NCBI GenBank assembly: GCA_965645245.1
Contig: OZ287074.1
Location: 496,001-560,000, forward strand
Reading direction: 5' to 3'
DNA: 64,000 nucleotides
DNA from: Massalongia carnosa
Lineage: Eukaryota
This document shows, piece after piece, positions 1-10,033 of this stretch; position 1 is the first letter of the stretch; every line of letters starts with the position of its first letter. A model generated the notes under the pieces. The model saw only the letters and a program-made list of their open reading frames with translations, had not been told where the DNA came from and did no database searches. A program made the translations under genes and the position numbers.

Positions 1-1155
1 TCGGCTCATTGTGCTAGGTACGCTGGCACGCTGGACAGAGGTACTCAGTACTGACCTTCGTTCAAAGGGAAACCAATGACCTAAATATCTGCAAGTCTTA
101 CTCAGCTGACAAGGATGGGAAACAAGAACATCAGATACTGGAAGGGCTGAACTTCATAGATCTCCAAGGCAAGACGCAGACGCAGATGGAAACTGTAGAA
201 CATAATCTGTACATAGATGGCTAGGTAGAGCCGTGGTTGCATTGCACCAAGAGGTACGGAGTATTTGTGGGGCGGACCGCCGCGTTGGGTACTCAGTATT
301 TTATGTGAACGCCGATGGAACGGCATTCGAACGTTTGATAGCTGATTGGATGGACGCAAATTATACTAGCGAGGTCGGTATCCGATATCTCAGTGCTCGC
401 TTGCCCTAACACCCTAATGCCCCGATACCATTGTATAAAATCAATTCAGTGGTGATCTTAGGGTTGCTGTATCTTAGTCGAGCTAATCAGGTATCTAACC
501 ACCCAACCTAACGAAGCTACGGAGTAAAAGATGCAGGGCTTTGGGGCAGTGCACCAACACAAATATACTCCGTACAAGCATACGACTGATCTCCGCCACC
601 CCCGCATCAAGATAAATACCCGGGAAGGCCGAGGTTCATCCTGACAAATGTTTGCTTCAGCCAATCCCAGTCAATAGCGTCATCGCATGAGGTACTCTGA
701 AGTGTGTACATGTACACTGTACTCTGTAAAGTGTACTTCGTATCGATTTACCCGTATTGCACGAGAATCCGCCTTAGCGTAGACGTGTATATCTAAATTA
801 CCTTAGCCTCAGAAAGCTAATAACAAGCACGGTATGTGAACATTGAGTAAAATCTTCCAGAGTATTGCGAAGGGGTGCTGTATGGTTTTGTTGAAATAGG
901 TATATGATTATGACTATATGGCTATGTAATAAATGACAATGTGTATGACCCCCTGATGTATAACTAAGATGAAGAGTTGCTATGGAGCAGTCTTAAGTGG
1001 TCACCCTCTACTAAGCGAAGTGATAATAGTTTATCCGAGCCTAGGTTGCCACGGTTGCCACGCCCCTGAAAAAAAAACTGGCAACGTGTAAGCGAGCTTA
1101 CCCCACTAAAATTTACCCCTTTTTATCAACATTTCACCTTTACATTGCGATAACC

Positions 1156-1250
1156 TTGCCTCAGTACCTCAGACGTGCGTGGCTCTATGAGCCGGCTAAG
1201 CCCCTCCGGGTTAGCCTATTTTCGCTAAGCCCCTTCGGGTTAGCGTCGCT
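1156..1250 (+). repeat. Left TIR of the AcademH-like element
   Basis: TTGCCTCAGTACCTCAGACGTGCG... is the reverse complement of 7090-7184. Confidence 0.95.
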
Positions 1251-1769
1251 AATTCCCTTCGGGTTAGCGGCCCTTTAGCTGACTACGCATGCTACGGGCG
1301 GCACGTCTGAGCGCAAAACTCTGTATTTTTGTCAGATCCGGCTTATTTTGGTGCGCGCTCATACAAATTTTTGGCTTAACCTCAAAAATCATCAAGAATC
1401 AAGTTGACGGCGGAATCAACAACGCGCAACGACATTTCATAAATTATGTAATAATAGAAATGATGCTTTGATATACATTCTATCGATTAATCAATATTTT
1501 AATTACATATCGATGCAAAATTGAGTCGCAATATCGATCTCGCGACGAGGACTCGACTTTGACTCGAAATTTCGACACCACCACAGCAGACTCAACGGGT
1601 CACTAGCTCCAGTTTTTCATTGTCGGCGCTTCTGATCATTAATCTGATCCTCCGAGCGTTGTTTTCGAAAGCCTAAAATCGTTGAATGTGATGAACTTGC
1701 TTGATGTGCGTTTTGCGGGCTAAGAATCCAACTCGCGAATCGTCGAATATCGCTCGCGAACACATCGAA

Positions 1770-3947
1770 ATGGACGATCCTATAGCGTCGATAACTCGCG
1801 AGCAGGTGACGACCGTGATTTTAAGTAAATTCGGCTTTTATCCAAAGAATGAGCAAGTTGACGCTATCATGACTTTAGCACAAGATCAAAAGGATCTGAT
1901 ATTTATCGCCAAGACTGGATTTGGAAAGAGTATTATCTTTCAAGCTATGCCATTAATGTTCTCTTGTCTTAAGATCGCTTTAATTATCATGCCTCTCAAG
2001 ACCTTAGAAGCTCAACAGTGCAAGAAATTGAGCGTTATCGAGGGATGCAAGCCTTTCGTGTTGGACGGTGATAGTAATAATTCTTCTAATTTAAAGTTAA
2101 TTCGTGAAAACAATTATACGCATGGTGTATATTCAAATTATGATTGAGATAAATATAAAAACTTACTCGTTAATATGAATAGTTTTTACTAGCCCAGAGA
2201 TAGCGACGTCAAAGCTGTTTAATCAGGAGGTTCTGAGGCATCCAAGTTTCTTCTTGAATTTATGTCTTTTAGCTCTTGATGAGATGCATCTTGTATCCGA
2301 ATGGCGAGATTTCCGGCCCGAATACTTCAATCTCGGTGTGCTTCGTACACGATTACCAGATGGTATTCCTTTTCTGGGTGCGTCTGCAACGCTGGATCCA
2401 AGAACCCTAGAGAGCGTTAAAGATCGCTGTGGCTTTGATAACGAAAGTACTGTTATTCAAACAGCGCTTGATCGTCCAGAGATATACATACAGACAAGCA
2501 GTCTACAGCGGCCTATGAACAGCATGATCGATCTTCAACATCTTTTACCAACACGGGCTGAGAGTCCTTTTGATATTCCGAAAACGATTATCTTCATGGA
2601 TTTTCAATTTCATCTATCAAAAAGGCGTGTGCGCTAATGAAAGTATGGATGAATCAATTGTCCTATCCAATTGAGGCTGCTAGTTGGGTCGCGCCTTTCT
2701 TTTCCGACATGGCCACCCAAGACAAAGAAAGGATTGCGGCTCGCTTCGAAATGCCCTCGAATCAATGTAAATTTCCTCGAATCCTGATCGCAACGGATGC
2801 ATACGGGCTTGGTATTGATAATCCAGACGTTATGAGAGTTACGCAATGGCTGCTACCCTCGTCAATGGCGAAGCTATACCAACGTTTAGGTCGTGCTTTG
2901 CGTTGCGGTCGAGGACAGGCGCATTTTACTCTTTTGCATCCTTCTTGGTGCATGGGTCCAAGAAGCGGATCAAAAATGGACGAACAGGACGGATATGACG
3001 CGGGAATCGAGATTGAATCCAAGGCCAGTAAACGCCGCATCAATCAAAAGGATGCTGATCGGCGACGAGATATGCCACCGGGTCTTTGGGAGATAATCAA
3101 TGTGCCTTCAGATGGTTGCGTTCGAGGTATTGGCTTGAATTTCTTCAATGATAAAGTGTATCCAACGTCGGCCTATGTTAAGCCGCAACCTTGCTGTTCA
3201 ATTTGCGATCCAAGTTTTCAGACATCAACAGCCGCCAATGAGATGTTAAATAGAACGGCCGAGCGTGACTCGTCTAGGCGGCCTTGGTTCACCCTTAAAC
3301 TTCGAGAATGGAGGGAGGCCAAGGCGCAGGAAAAGTTCCCAAATTCACATATGCGATACTTCCCATCATTGATAATGCCCGATGAGGTACTGAATTCTTT
3401 GACCACTTGGGCGGATCAGATTGTGGACGAGCCCACCATGCGGCGATGGATTGGTAACACATGGACTGGTATTAGGCCCTACGGCGCCGAGCTTTTAGAA
3501 ATTTTAAAGCGGGGTCAAGCAATGAGATTAGACGAGGGAGACATGTTCGAGGAATGGAAACGACACAACGACATAAAGAGAAAACGATTACCCAGCCTAA
3601 CATGCAACTCCGCCAGTATTGAATTTGAGGAACGGAGGAAAAACTGGATGATCAAACAAGGATATATGTCGAGAAAGGTTTTTAAAAAGCGAAATGCGGT
3701 CAAGAAGAAAGTCTCGAAGGAAAGCGAGAGCACGGAGCCATCGGGCGAGAATCCTGCGCCTAATCACAATATCTCCGATGCGGCGCTCGTTGTTGACAAT
3801 GTTGATGCTCTTAAATCATCGATGAAGGCATCAAAGACCAAAAAAGCGCCTCGAGATCCTATGGAAGCGTTGTCGCTGAATGTACCCATGGCCCTTCCTC
3901 CGACACGATCTAGACAAGAAAGAAAGTGCCCCGTCCGCTACCTCTGA
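1770..3947 (+). pseudogene. Transposon-borne RecQ-family SF2 helicase, frameshifted near 2602
   Basis: Motifs AKTGFGKS (I), DEMH (II), SAT (III), ATDAYGLGID (V) and QRLGRALR (VI), then a Cys cluster (CVR...CCSIC) and an HRDC-like LREWR segment. GT-AG intron at ~2124-2181. The frame changes in the T-run at 2601-2604. Confidence 0.85.
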
Positions 3948-4006
3948 CTCTGTAAAGCCGCGCGGCGCGGATTTACATGACTAGGCTATCTCGTGGTATC
4001 GATGAT

Positions 4007-6685
4007 TTAATCAAAAAACATACCGCCGGATATCTCGAGACGGGCCATTGAAATGACAGGGCTGTCGGGGACCTGCTTTGTTTCATTGACAAAATCGGGC
4101 TCGGCTTCATACTTACCCTCAAGGTCGTCTGTTGAAATTTCTTTTGAAATTTCTTCGGAAAGATACTGCTGATTGTATTTTAATACATTTTCTCCAAGTT
4201 TCTTCAATCCCTCAACATAAAGATTAGCTGTTGGATTAGTTGAAAATCGATCATAGCTTCTTTTACAGAGTGAATTATGCGCTAGTGCCGTAGCCATGCC
4301 CCACACATCCTCTGCGGCCGATTTTGCTGGATGCCTTGAAGAGTTGACTCTTCCAAAGTAAAACTCAACGATTTCTTTGAGCTTCATAAGATATGGACCG
4401 TTGAGTGCCCAGTTCTCGAGCAAGGTGTCACTATACTTTGAAAAATAAGATCGCTCGTGCTGGAACGTCTTGAGGTTATTGTTTAGTATCTCTAAAAGCC
4501 GATCAGTCTCAAAACTCGACTCTTCGTCACCGCGTAAATTGACAAGACTATTCATTAAAATACTTTCCTGTAGCCTTATGGTCGCTGCGGAAGAATCAAT
4601 CGCATGAAGGGTGTATAGAAGAGCTTGCGCATATTTCGGGGTGCCAGCTACGCTTGCCTGAAAGATCACCGTTGCGTGGCGCAATGCGTGACGAAGTAGT
4701 CCAATATCCGCATATTTGATTGCGTATCGAAGTGTTAGATACGATTCAACGTGATCACAGAAGTTCTGATGATTCTGAAATTGTTGATCAAGCGTTGGAG
4801 GAAGCATATCTATTGACGTTGAGGGTAATTCCGCGTGAAGTTTGCGAGATATCCTGCCCAACATATTCATCCAGGTGCCATCCTGCCCGCAAGTCTGCGC
4901 TGTGAGCCACGAAATAGTTGCTTCGATTCGCTGCGGAGCATATCCATCCTTTCGTAAAAACCTAATCCACGTCCCAACGATTCTAGCTTGATAGCTCTGA
5001 ATGATCAGATCCTCTAAGGCCTGGAAATCGTTCGGCTGCACGACACGAGCGCGGCCCCACCGATCGGCGGCATATTGAAGAGTCGAAGGATCAACCGGCT
5101 GGGCCTCTCCCCAATGTATTTTATGAATAAGCTGCAGCATGTTAAAGCGAAGATGCCATAACCCTAATCCCGGTAAAATCCAGTCGAACCGATCGAAAGA
5201 TTGCTCCGATATCCCACGACGTAATTCCTTGACAGATTGCATTCTCGACCATGTCTTGAGGTCACCATAGATAAGCCGAATGACGCTCGCAAACGTCGAG
5301 TCATCCTCCTTGAACTTGAACTGTCGCACAAATATATCCTCCAATATTTGAATATTATTAGATGTTGTGCTCTCATCCTTCATGACTGGTTTGATAGGAA
5401 TGTAATTGGTCTTGTATTTTTTCATCTTATTCAGCACGGGCATTGCAGTCGACCAAGGAAGTTGAACGTCGCCGATCTCTGGGCCATAAAGCGCTCGAAT
5501 CGCTGACTCTAGATGATGAAGACGAATCTCGGTACGCGGTGCATTAGCGATTGAGCGCGGTATATACACCTCGTCCTGTATTGAACTCACCTGCATCTCG
5601 AGATCACCAGTCTCCAGCTTTCGCGCAATTCTTTCAGCTGATAAAAGATGCGTGGCGGGGCGCCACATATCCTGCCTCAAAGCGCCGGCATCGAATCCTT
5701 GCCCCTGGAAAATTAGAGCGGTAGTGATTGATCTGACGTCTCTATTATCCCCCGTGCGCTCTCCTCGTTTACCTTCTGCGAAGTCAAAGTTATCGTATGT
5801 CAAGATCATGTTTGAGCCTTGTCCTAGCATCTGAACCTTTCGTTCGGCCTCCTTAATCAAGGACAACATGCGCCGCTGCAGGGTAGTATATGACATCGTC
5901 AGGTCAAAATGACAGAGTGTATCTAGAACTCGCCGCCTCGCCCCACCTTGATAAATATAAAGGCCTAAGACGGACTGAATATTGGTCGCCTTATTTGGTC
6001 GCAATTTGTGACAAAGCATTGCCAATATAACGGTGTGCCGGCCGCTGGGAGAATCCAACGTCACATCGAGAGGTTCCTGCGGGCGAGCCTCGCGACAAAC
6101 ACTATCAATTAGCTCAAGCCATCGTGGCGCCAACTGCTTGGCGGCAGATGCAGCAAGTTTAATAGCCTCCAAGGTCCCAAACTCGACTGTCGCAGAGGGC
6201 GGCTGGAAAGGGCCAAAGGCTGCGTGATCTGCCAAAGCTTTGATTTCTTCACGAAGCACATCCGCGGCCCAAACCCATCCTCTCTCGCGAAGGATAGTGG
6301 ATATTCTACCAGGCCCAATGAGGCTTGAAAAGTCTTCTTGCCGCACAATATCGACATAGACAAAATCGAAGAGCTGGCCTTGCGCCTTTCGCATACTATG
6401 ACGGGCTCGATTCTTACAAAGTGTTGATAAAAAATCTTTTACCGACCAATTTAGAGAGCTCAGAAATTTAAGCACCTCAACCAGCTTGTCGTAATCTGAT
6501 ATGCGCCGGCGGTGGCGTTTCGCGCCTCCATTTTTTTCAGGTAAGGCAGGAGGGGAGGAGGAAGAGGGTGAGCTATCATTACTGCCTGACGGCGATGGGT
6601 GGGGCCGCTTGAGCGCACCGGCGGGAGTCAAGGGACTTGTCCGTAGGTCGGTAAGTGGCGAGGAGGGGCCCCCGACAAGAGCCAT
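4007..6685 (-). CDS. Academ-type (DUF6589-like) DDE transposase, 892-aa ORF
   Basis: Uninterrupted ORF inside the TIRs, with motifs YDNFD, YGDLKT, GLWH and DRLLE that fit the Academ catalytic pattern. A possible in-frame intron lies at ~5528-5590. Confidence 0.75.
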   Translation of the reverse strand: MALVGGPSSPLTDLRTSPLTPAGALKRPHPSPSGSNDSSPSSSSPPALPEKNGGAKRHRRRISDYDKLVEVLKFLSSLNWSVKDFLSTLCKNRARHSMRKAQGQLFDFVYVDIVRQEDFSSLIGPGRISTILRERGWVWAADVLREEIKALADHAAFGPFQPPSATVEFGTLEAIKLAASAAKQLAPRWLELIDSVCREARPQEPLDVTLDSPSGRHTVILAMLCHKLRPNKATNIQSVLGLYIYQGGARRRVLDTLCHFDLTMSYTTLQRRMLSLIKEAERKVQMLGQGSNMILTYDNFDFAEGKRGERTGDNRDVRSITTALIFQGQGFDAGALRQDMWRPATHLLSAERIARKLETGDLEMQVSSIQDEVYIPRSIANAPRTEIRLHHLESAIRALYGPEIGDVQLPWSTAMPVLNKMKKYKTNYIPIKPVMKDESTTSNNIQILEDIFVRQFKFKEDDSTFASVIRLIYGDLKTWSRMQSVKELRRGISEQSFDRFDWILPGLGLWHLRFNMLQLIHKIHWGEAQPVDPSTLQYAADRWGRARVVQPNDFQALEDLIIQSYQARIVGTWIRFLRKDGYAPQRIEATISWLTAQTCGQDGTWMNMLGRISRKLHAELPSTSIDMLPPTLDQQFQNHQNFCDHVESYLTLRYAIKYADIGLLRHALRHATVIFQASVAGTPKYAQALLYTLHAIDSSAATIRLQESILMNSLVNLRGDEESSFETDRLLEILNNNLKTFQHERSYFSKYSDTLLENWALNGPYLMKLKEIVEFYFGRVNSSRHPAKSAAEDVWGMATALAHNSLCKRSYDRFSTNPTANLYVEGLKKLGENVLKYNQQYLSEEISKEISTDDLEGKYEAEPDFVNETKQVPDSPVISMARLEISGGMFFD

Positions 6686-7089
6686 GGCTTTCGTCAGATA
6701 GCTTCAATCTAGATAAATCATACAATACCATTGATTGGCCGTCGTTATTCATATCATCATGATCTTTGTAACTCAATGTAATCGCGCCACATGAAAATAA
6801 TCAGTTCATCAACCTCAAAATTGAGCGAAAGCGAACAATTTATCACTTAATCGACTTTCACATCGCTTTTCTTAGCCTGACAGTAGTTATAACACATGAT
6901 TATCGAGTCATCCATCTTGAGAGGTGCGTTTTTGGTATAAAATACAGTCTCTGGTAAACTAATACGACCCTAATCATTGTATTAAATCCATAAAAGGAAT
7001 GGTTGCACTGCTAAAATTTTTATTACGCGGATCTGGCCGTAATTTTGAGTTTTGCGCTCAGACGTGCTATCGCACTGATGTTAGTCAGC

Positions 7090-7184
7090 AGCGACGCTAA
7101 CCCGAAGGGGCTTAGCGAAAATAGGCTAACCCGGAGGGGCTTAGCCGGCTCATTGAGCCACGCACGTCTGAGGTACTGAGGCAA
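7090..7184 (-). repeat. Right TIR of the AcademH-like element
   Basis: Reverse complement of 1156-1250. Additional subterminal similarity between ~7028-7067 and ~1301-1340. Confidence 0.95.
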
Positions 7185-7194
7185 CGATAACCAG

Positions 7195-8067
7195 TCAATT
7201 GAATAGCCGGATAAACCCATTAGCCAGGTGAGCATCGAGGTAGGCCCTTAGCACTGTGAGCTCTGTTTCTGATAGGCTATAAATAGGTCCATACGGAGGC
7301 TGCTTTCCATCCACGAGGTCGATCGCATGATCATGTAGCCCGTGCTCTGGTAGCTCGGCTGCACTATCTTCCGAAAAGACATCTGCGAAATCCTTATAAG
7401 CCTCAGGGACCTTGATTTCTTGTACCTTCACTGAGGCTATTCTAGCTCGACGGCTCGAATGGATGTTATCTACACCTAGCGCCTTAGCATGGACCACGTA
7501 GGTCGGTGTATCTTCTGATAACGCCTCTTCTATGAAGACTTCTGGTTCTATAATCTCTATCCGATGAGTAGTCATCAGGGCCGATTGAACGCTTAGTTCT
7601 CGCCAATTCAGGGTCCTTGCTGACCAATCGATATCGGGATTGGCTAGCTGCAGGAATGGCATGCCCAACACGATATTATGAGGTATATCTGCTATTAGGA
7701 ATGTTTCCTCAAAGAAACGTTGCTGACCTAATTGATCAGTTACCCCGAACACCAACAGACCCATGCCATGTGTCATGACTTGCTGGTGATTAATAGCTTC
7801 CAAACTGACGCTGGAGTGTAACACTGTCAGAGCGTATATATTTGCGTAAGCTCTAGAAATAAGGTTAACTTCACTTCCGCTGTCAATTAGTGCTTTTGCT
7901 GTTTCTTTAGCGTGTGTTATTTCGTACTCTATGCAGGGTGCGACTTCCAATGTCTTAGGACTTGCCGATGCCTCTTTGATAGTAGTCGCCGGTAGGGAGG
8001 CAGCAGCGGCGACTATGCTTTTTTTGGATGGGGACAGTCTTTTACCCAAGGTTCGAGGGATCCACAA
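7195..8067 (-). pseudogene. Ty3/Gypsy pol fragment: aspartic protease plus pre-RT region, truncated
   Basis: ALIDSGSEVNLIS protease motif, IVLGMPFL and DHAIDL...PPYGPIYSLS...NGFIR, then an abrupt end before the RT core. Confidence 0.9.
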
Positions 8068-8899
8068 TTATAGCAGCTATTTTTGTTATTGTCTTGTATC
8101 TCGGTCACAGTGCCTGCGGAATGGCATTGCTATTGGTCGACGGCGCGCTAGTACCAGCCGGAGCCGCATTCCTGCCGCCTCGGCCTCTTCCGCCTCTATT
8201 GCCTCTTCCGTGGTGACTACCTCGATGACCTCTTCCGCCTCGACCTCCGCGATGATTAGTTGGATATGGTTCTCGGCGGCCCTGATCGTTAGAAGCCGGG
8301 GCACCTTGCTCCCGCTTGGAGTAGCCTCTACCTGTTGATGATGGCAACACAGCCGCTCCCTCAGCTAGTTGTGCATCACTGATGAATTCCGCTATGGTAG
8401 CGGGATGTCGATGACCTAGTGCTAAGGAATTCCGAATTATTGGTATGACTCCCGTACGAAGCTTCTGGACCATCTGTTCTTCGGTAATAGGATGTTCCGG
8501 ATCTGCATCGGCTAATATTGTTCGTAGGCGTTGTAAGTAGGCCGCAAAGGATTGAACAGTATCATTGGGACGTTGTTGTGCATGATGGTACTGCATCCAG
8601 GTTCGATCTTTGAAAACTTCTGTAGAGCCTAGTTGATTCATGAGGTTCTTTTTGAACTCCTTCCAGGTAAGATTCAGATGACCCCCTCGTGATAGTATCT
8701 CATGCCAATTGTCGCTAGGGGTGTCTCGAAGGTAGCTGCCTGCATAGGCTATACGACGATCTTGTTCCGTTTCAGGCATGCCACTAGTGTTAAAGACAGC
8801 CTCGCATTGTCTGGTGAATTCGAACAAGGTCTTATGGTCCTTGCCATAATACGGGTCGGGCGACTTAGCTTTGAGGTTATACCTGACAGATCGTTCCAT
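8013..8899 (-). pseudogene. Ty3/Gypsy gag fragment (capsid, Gly/Arg-rich linker, degenerate zinc knuckle)
   Basis: Retrotrans-gag-like ORF 8105-8899 (PDPYYG, TWKEFK, QQRPNDTVQSF). The knuckle CYNCGSLEPWVKDC (His replaced by Pro) is in another frame, ending at TAG 8013-8015. Confidence 0.82.
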
Positions 8900-8926
8900 G
8901 GAGCGAGGAGAGCTATTTACATCAAA

Positions 8927-10033
8927 TTAATGACCAGTCATGGCCCCCTCAGCTGAGATGACGTCCTTTAGCCGTTGAGGCATTGATCGTACTCTCTCAT
9001 TAATAAACTCCTGACTGACTGTCGCCCAGCCCTCACAAATCAATGCTTTTAAGCTCGCTTCGTCCCAATGAGGATACTTTTTAATATGCTGCTTTGTGGG
9101 CTGCCAGCTGTTTTCAATAGGAGCCAAATCAGGTGAAGAAGAGCAGTTGAAATAATGCTCTAAACGATGATCCTCCTTCCATTTCTTTACTGCGTTTCTC
9201 GTCCTGCCTGTGCCATGCCCGGAATCACCATCTTCTTCGAGCACAAAATCATCCCCTCGCTCTAGCCACGGCTTGACAACGGGCTCAAGTATTGAGTTAA
9301 TGTATACTTGATGCGTCATCTTGCCATTGCTGTTGCCCGGCACTTCGTAGAATATAATATCCGACTTGAAGTTGTAGCCTACAGCCGCCCAACAATGCAG
9401 TCTCTTTCGATCTTTCTCCGCTGGCGCATCACGATGTTGTATACAATCCCATCTATAGCGTGTGCCTGGCTGACGTATGATGCGTAATTTGCCCTCGGGC
9501 CCGTAGGAGAAATGAACTTCGTCACTAAATCGTACTCGATACCAATCTTCTGGTTTAGGATATTTGGCCAGCATTATATGAGCGTATTCCACCCGTTTTT
9601 GCATAGGAGGGTCGGCCAGCCATCCTTTGACGCAGGCTAGACATTTCTCGTAATTCAATGCAGCACGTAGCACGTTATGCATTGTACGACCCACAACATC
9701 TGCTCCAACTTCCATCGCAACTTGTTCCCATGTCAAGCGTTTTCCTTCGAGTTGTAGCTCATCTTCCTGAAGCAGCCGATCAGCCTCTCGTACTTGCTCG
9801 CCTGTGATTTTTGATCGTCTTCATCGCGTTTCTACAAGCTCTGTATGATGACGAGTACGTGTCGAAGCTCCTTTGCGAATAATTCTGTAGCCAGCTCGTT
9901 CCGAAACGCCATACTTCTTGAAAAGATTTCGTGGATCATGTACGATGCCTTCATCAAGAAGATATTCATGAATTCCTTGAAGTTTAGCTCGAATGGGAGT
10001 ATCGTAGTGAGTTGCACGTTGCTTACGAGGCAT
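8927..10033 (-). pseudogene. Tc1/mariner-superfamily transposase (DD38E spacing) with one in-frame stop
   Basis: ORFs 9821-10033 and 8927-9736 share a frame and are separated by TGA at 9821-9823. Motifs FSDEVHF, EEDGDSGH and SPDLAPIEN; 38 residues counted between the second D and the E. Confidence 0.88.

Larger units (their letters stand above)
1156..7184. mobile_element. AcademH-like DNA transposon (helicase + transposase), 6029 bp
   Basis: 95-bp TIRs (1156-1250 and 7090-7184, one mismatch). Perfect 8-bp TSD CGATAACC (1148-1155, 7185-7192). Two convergent genes encode a RecQ-type helicase and a DDE-like transposase. Confidence 0.85.

Noticed and set aside
1770..3947. Host SGS1/RecQ gene
   Set aside because: It lacks the long Sgs1 N-terminus and lies inside TIRs and a TSD, so it is treated as transposon cargo.
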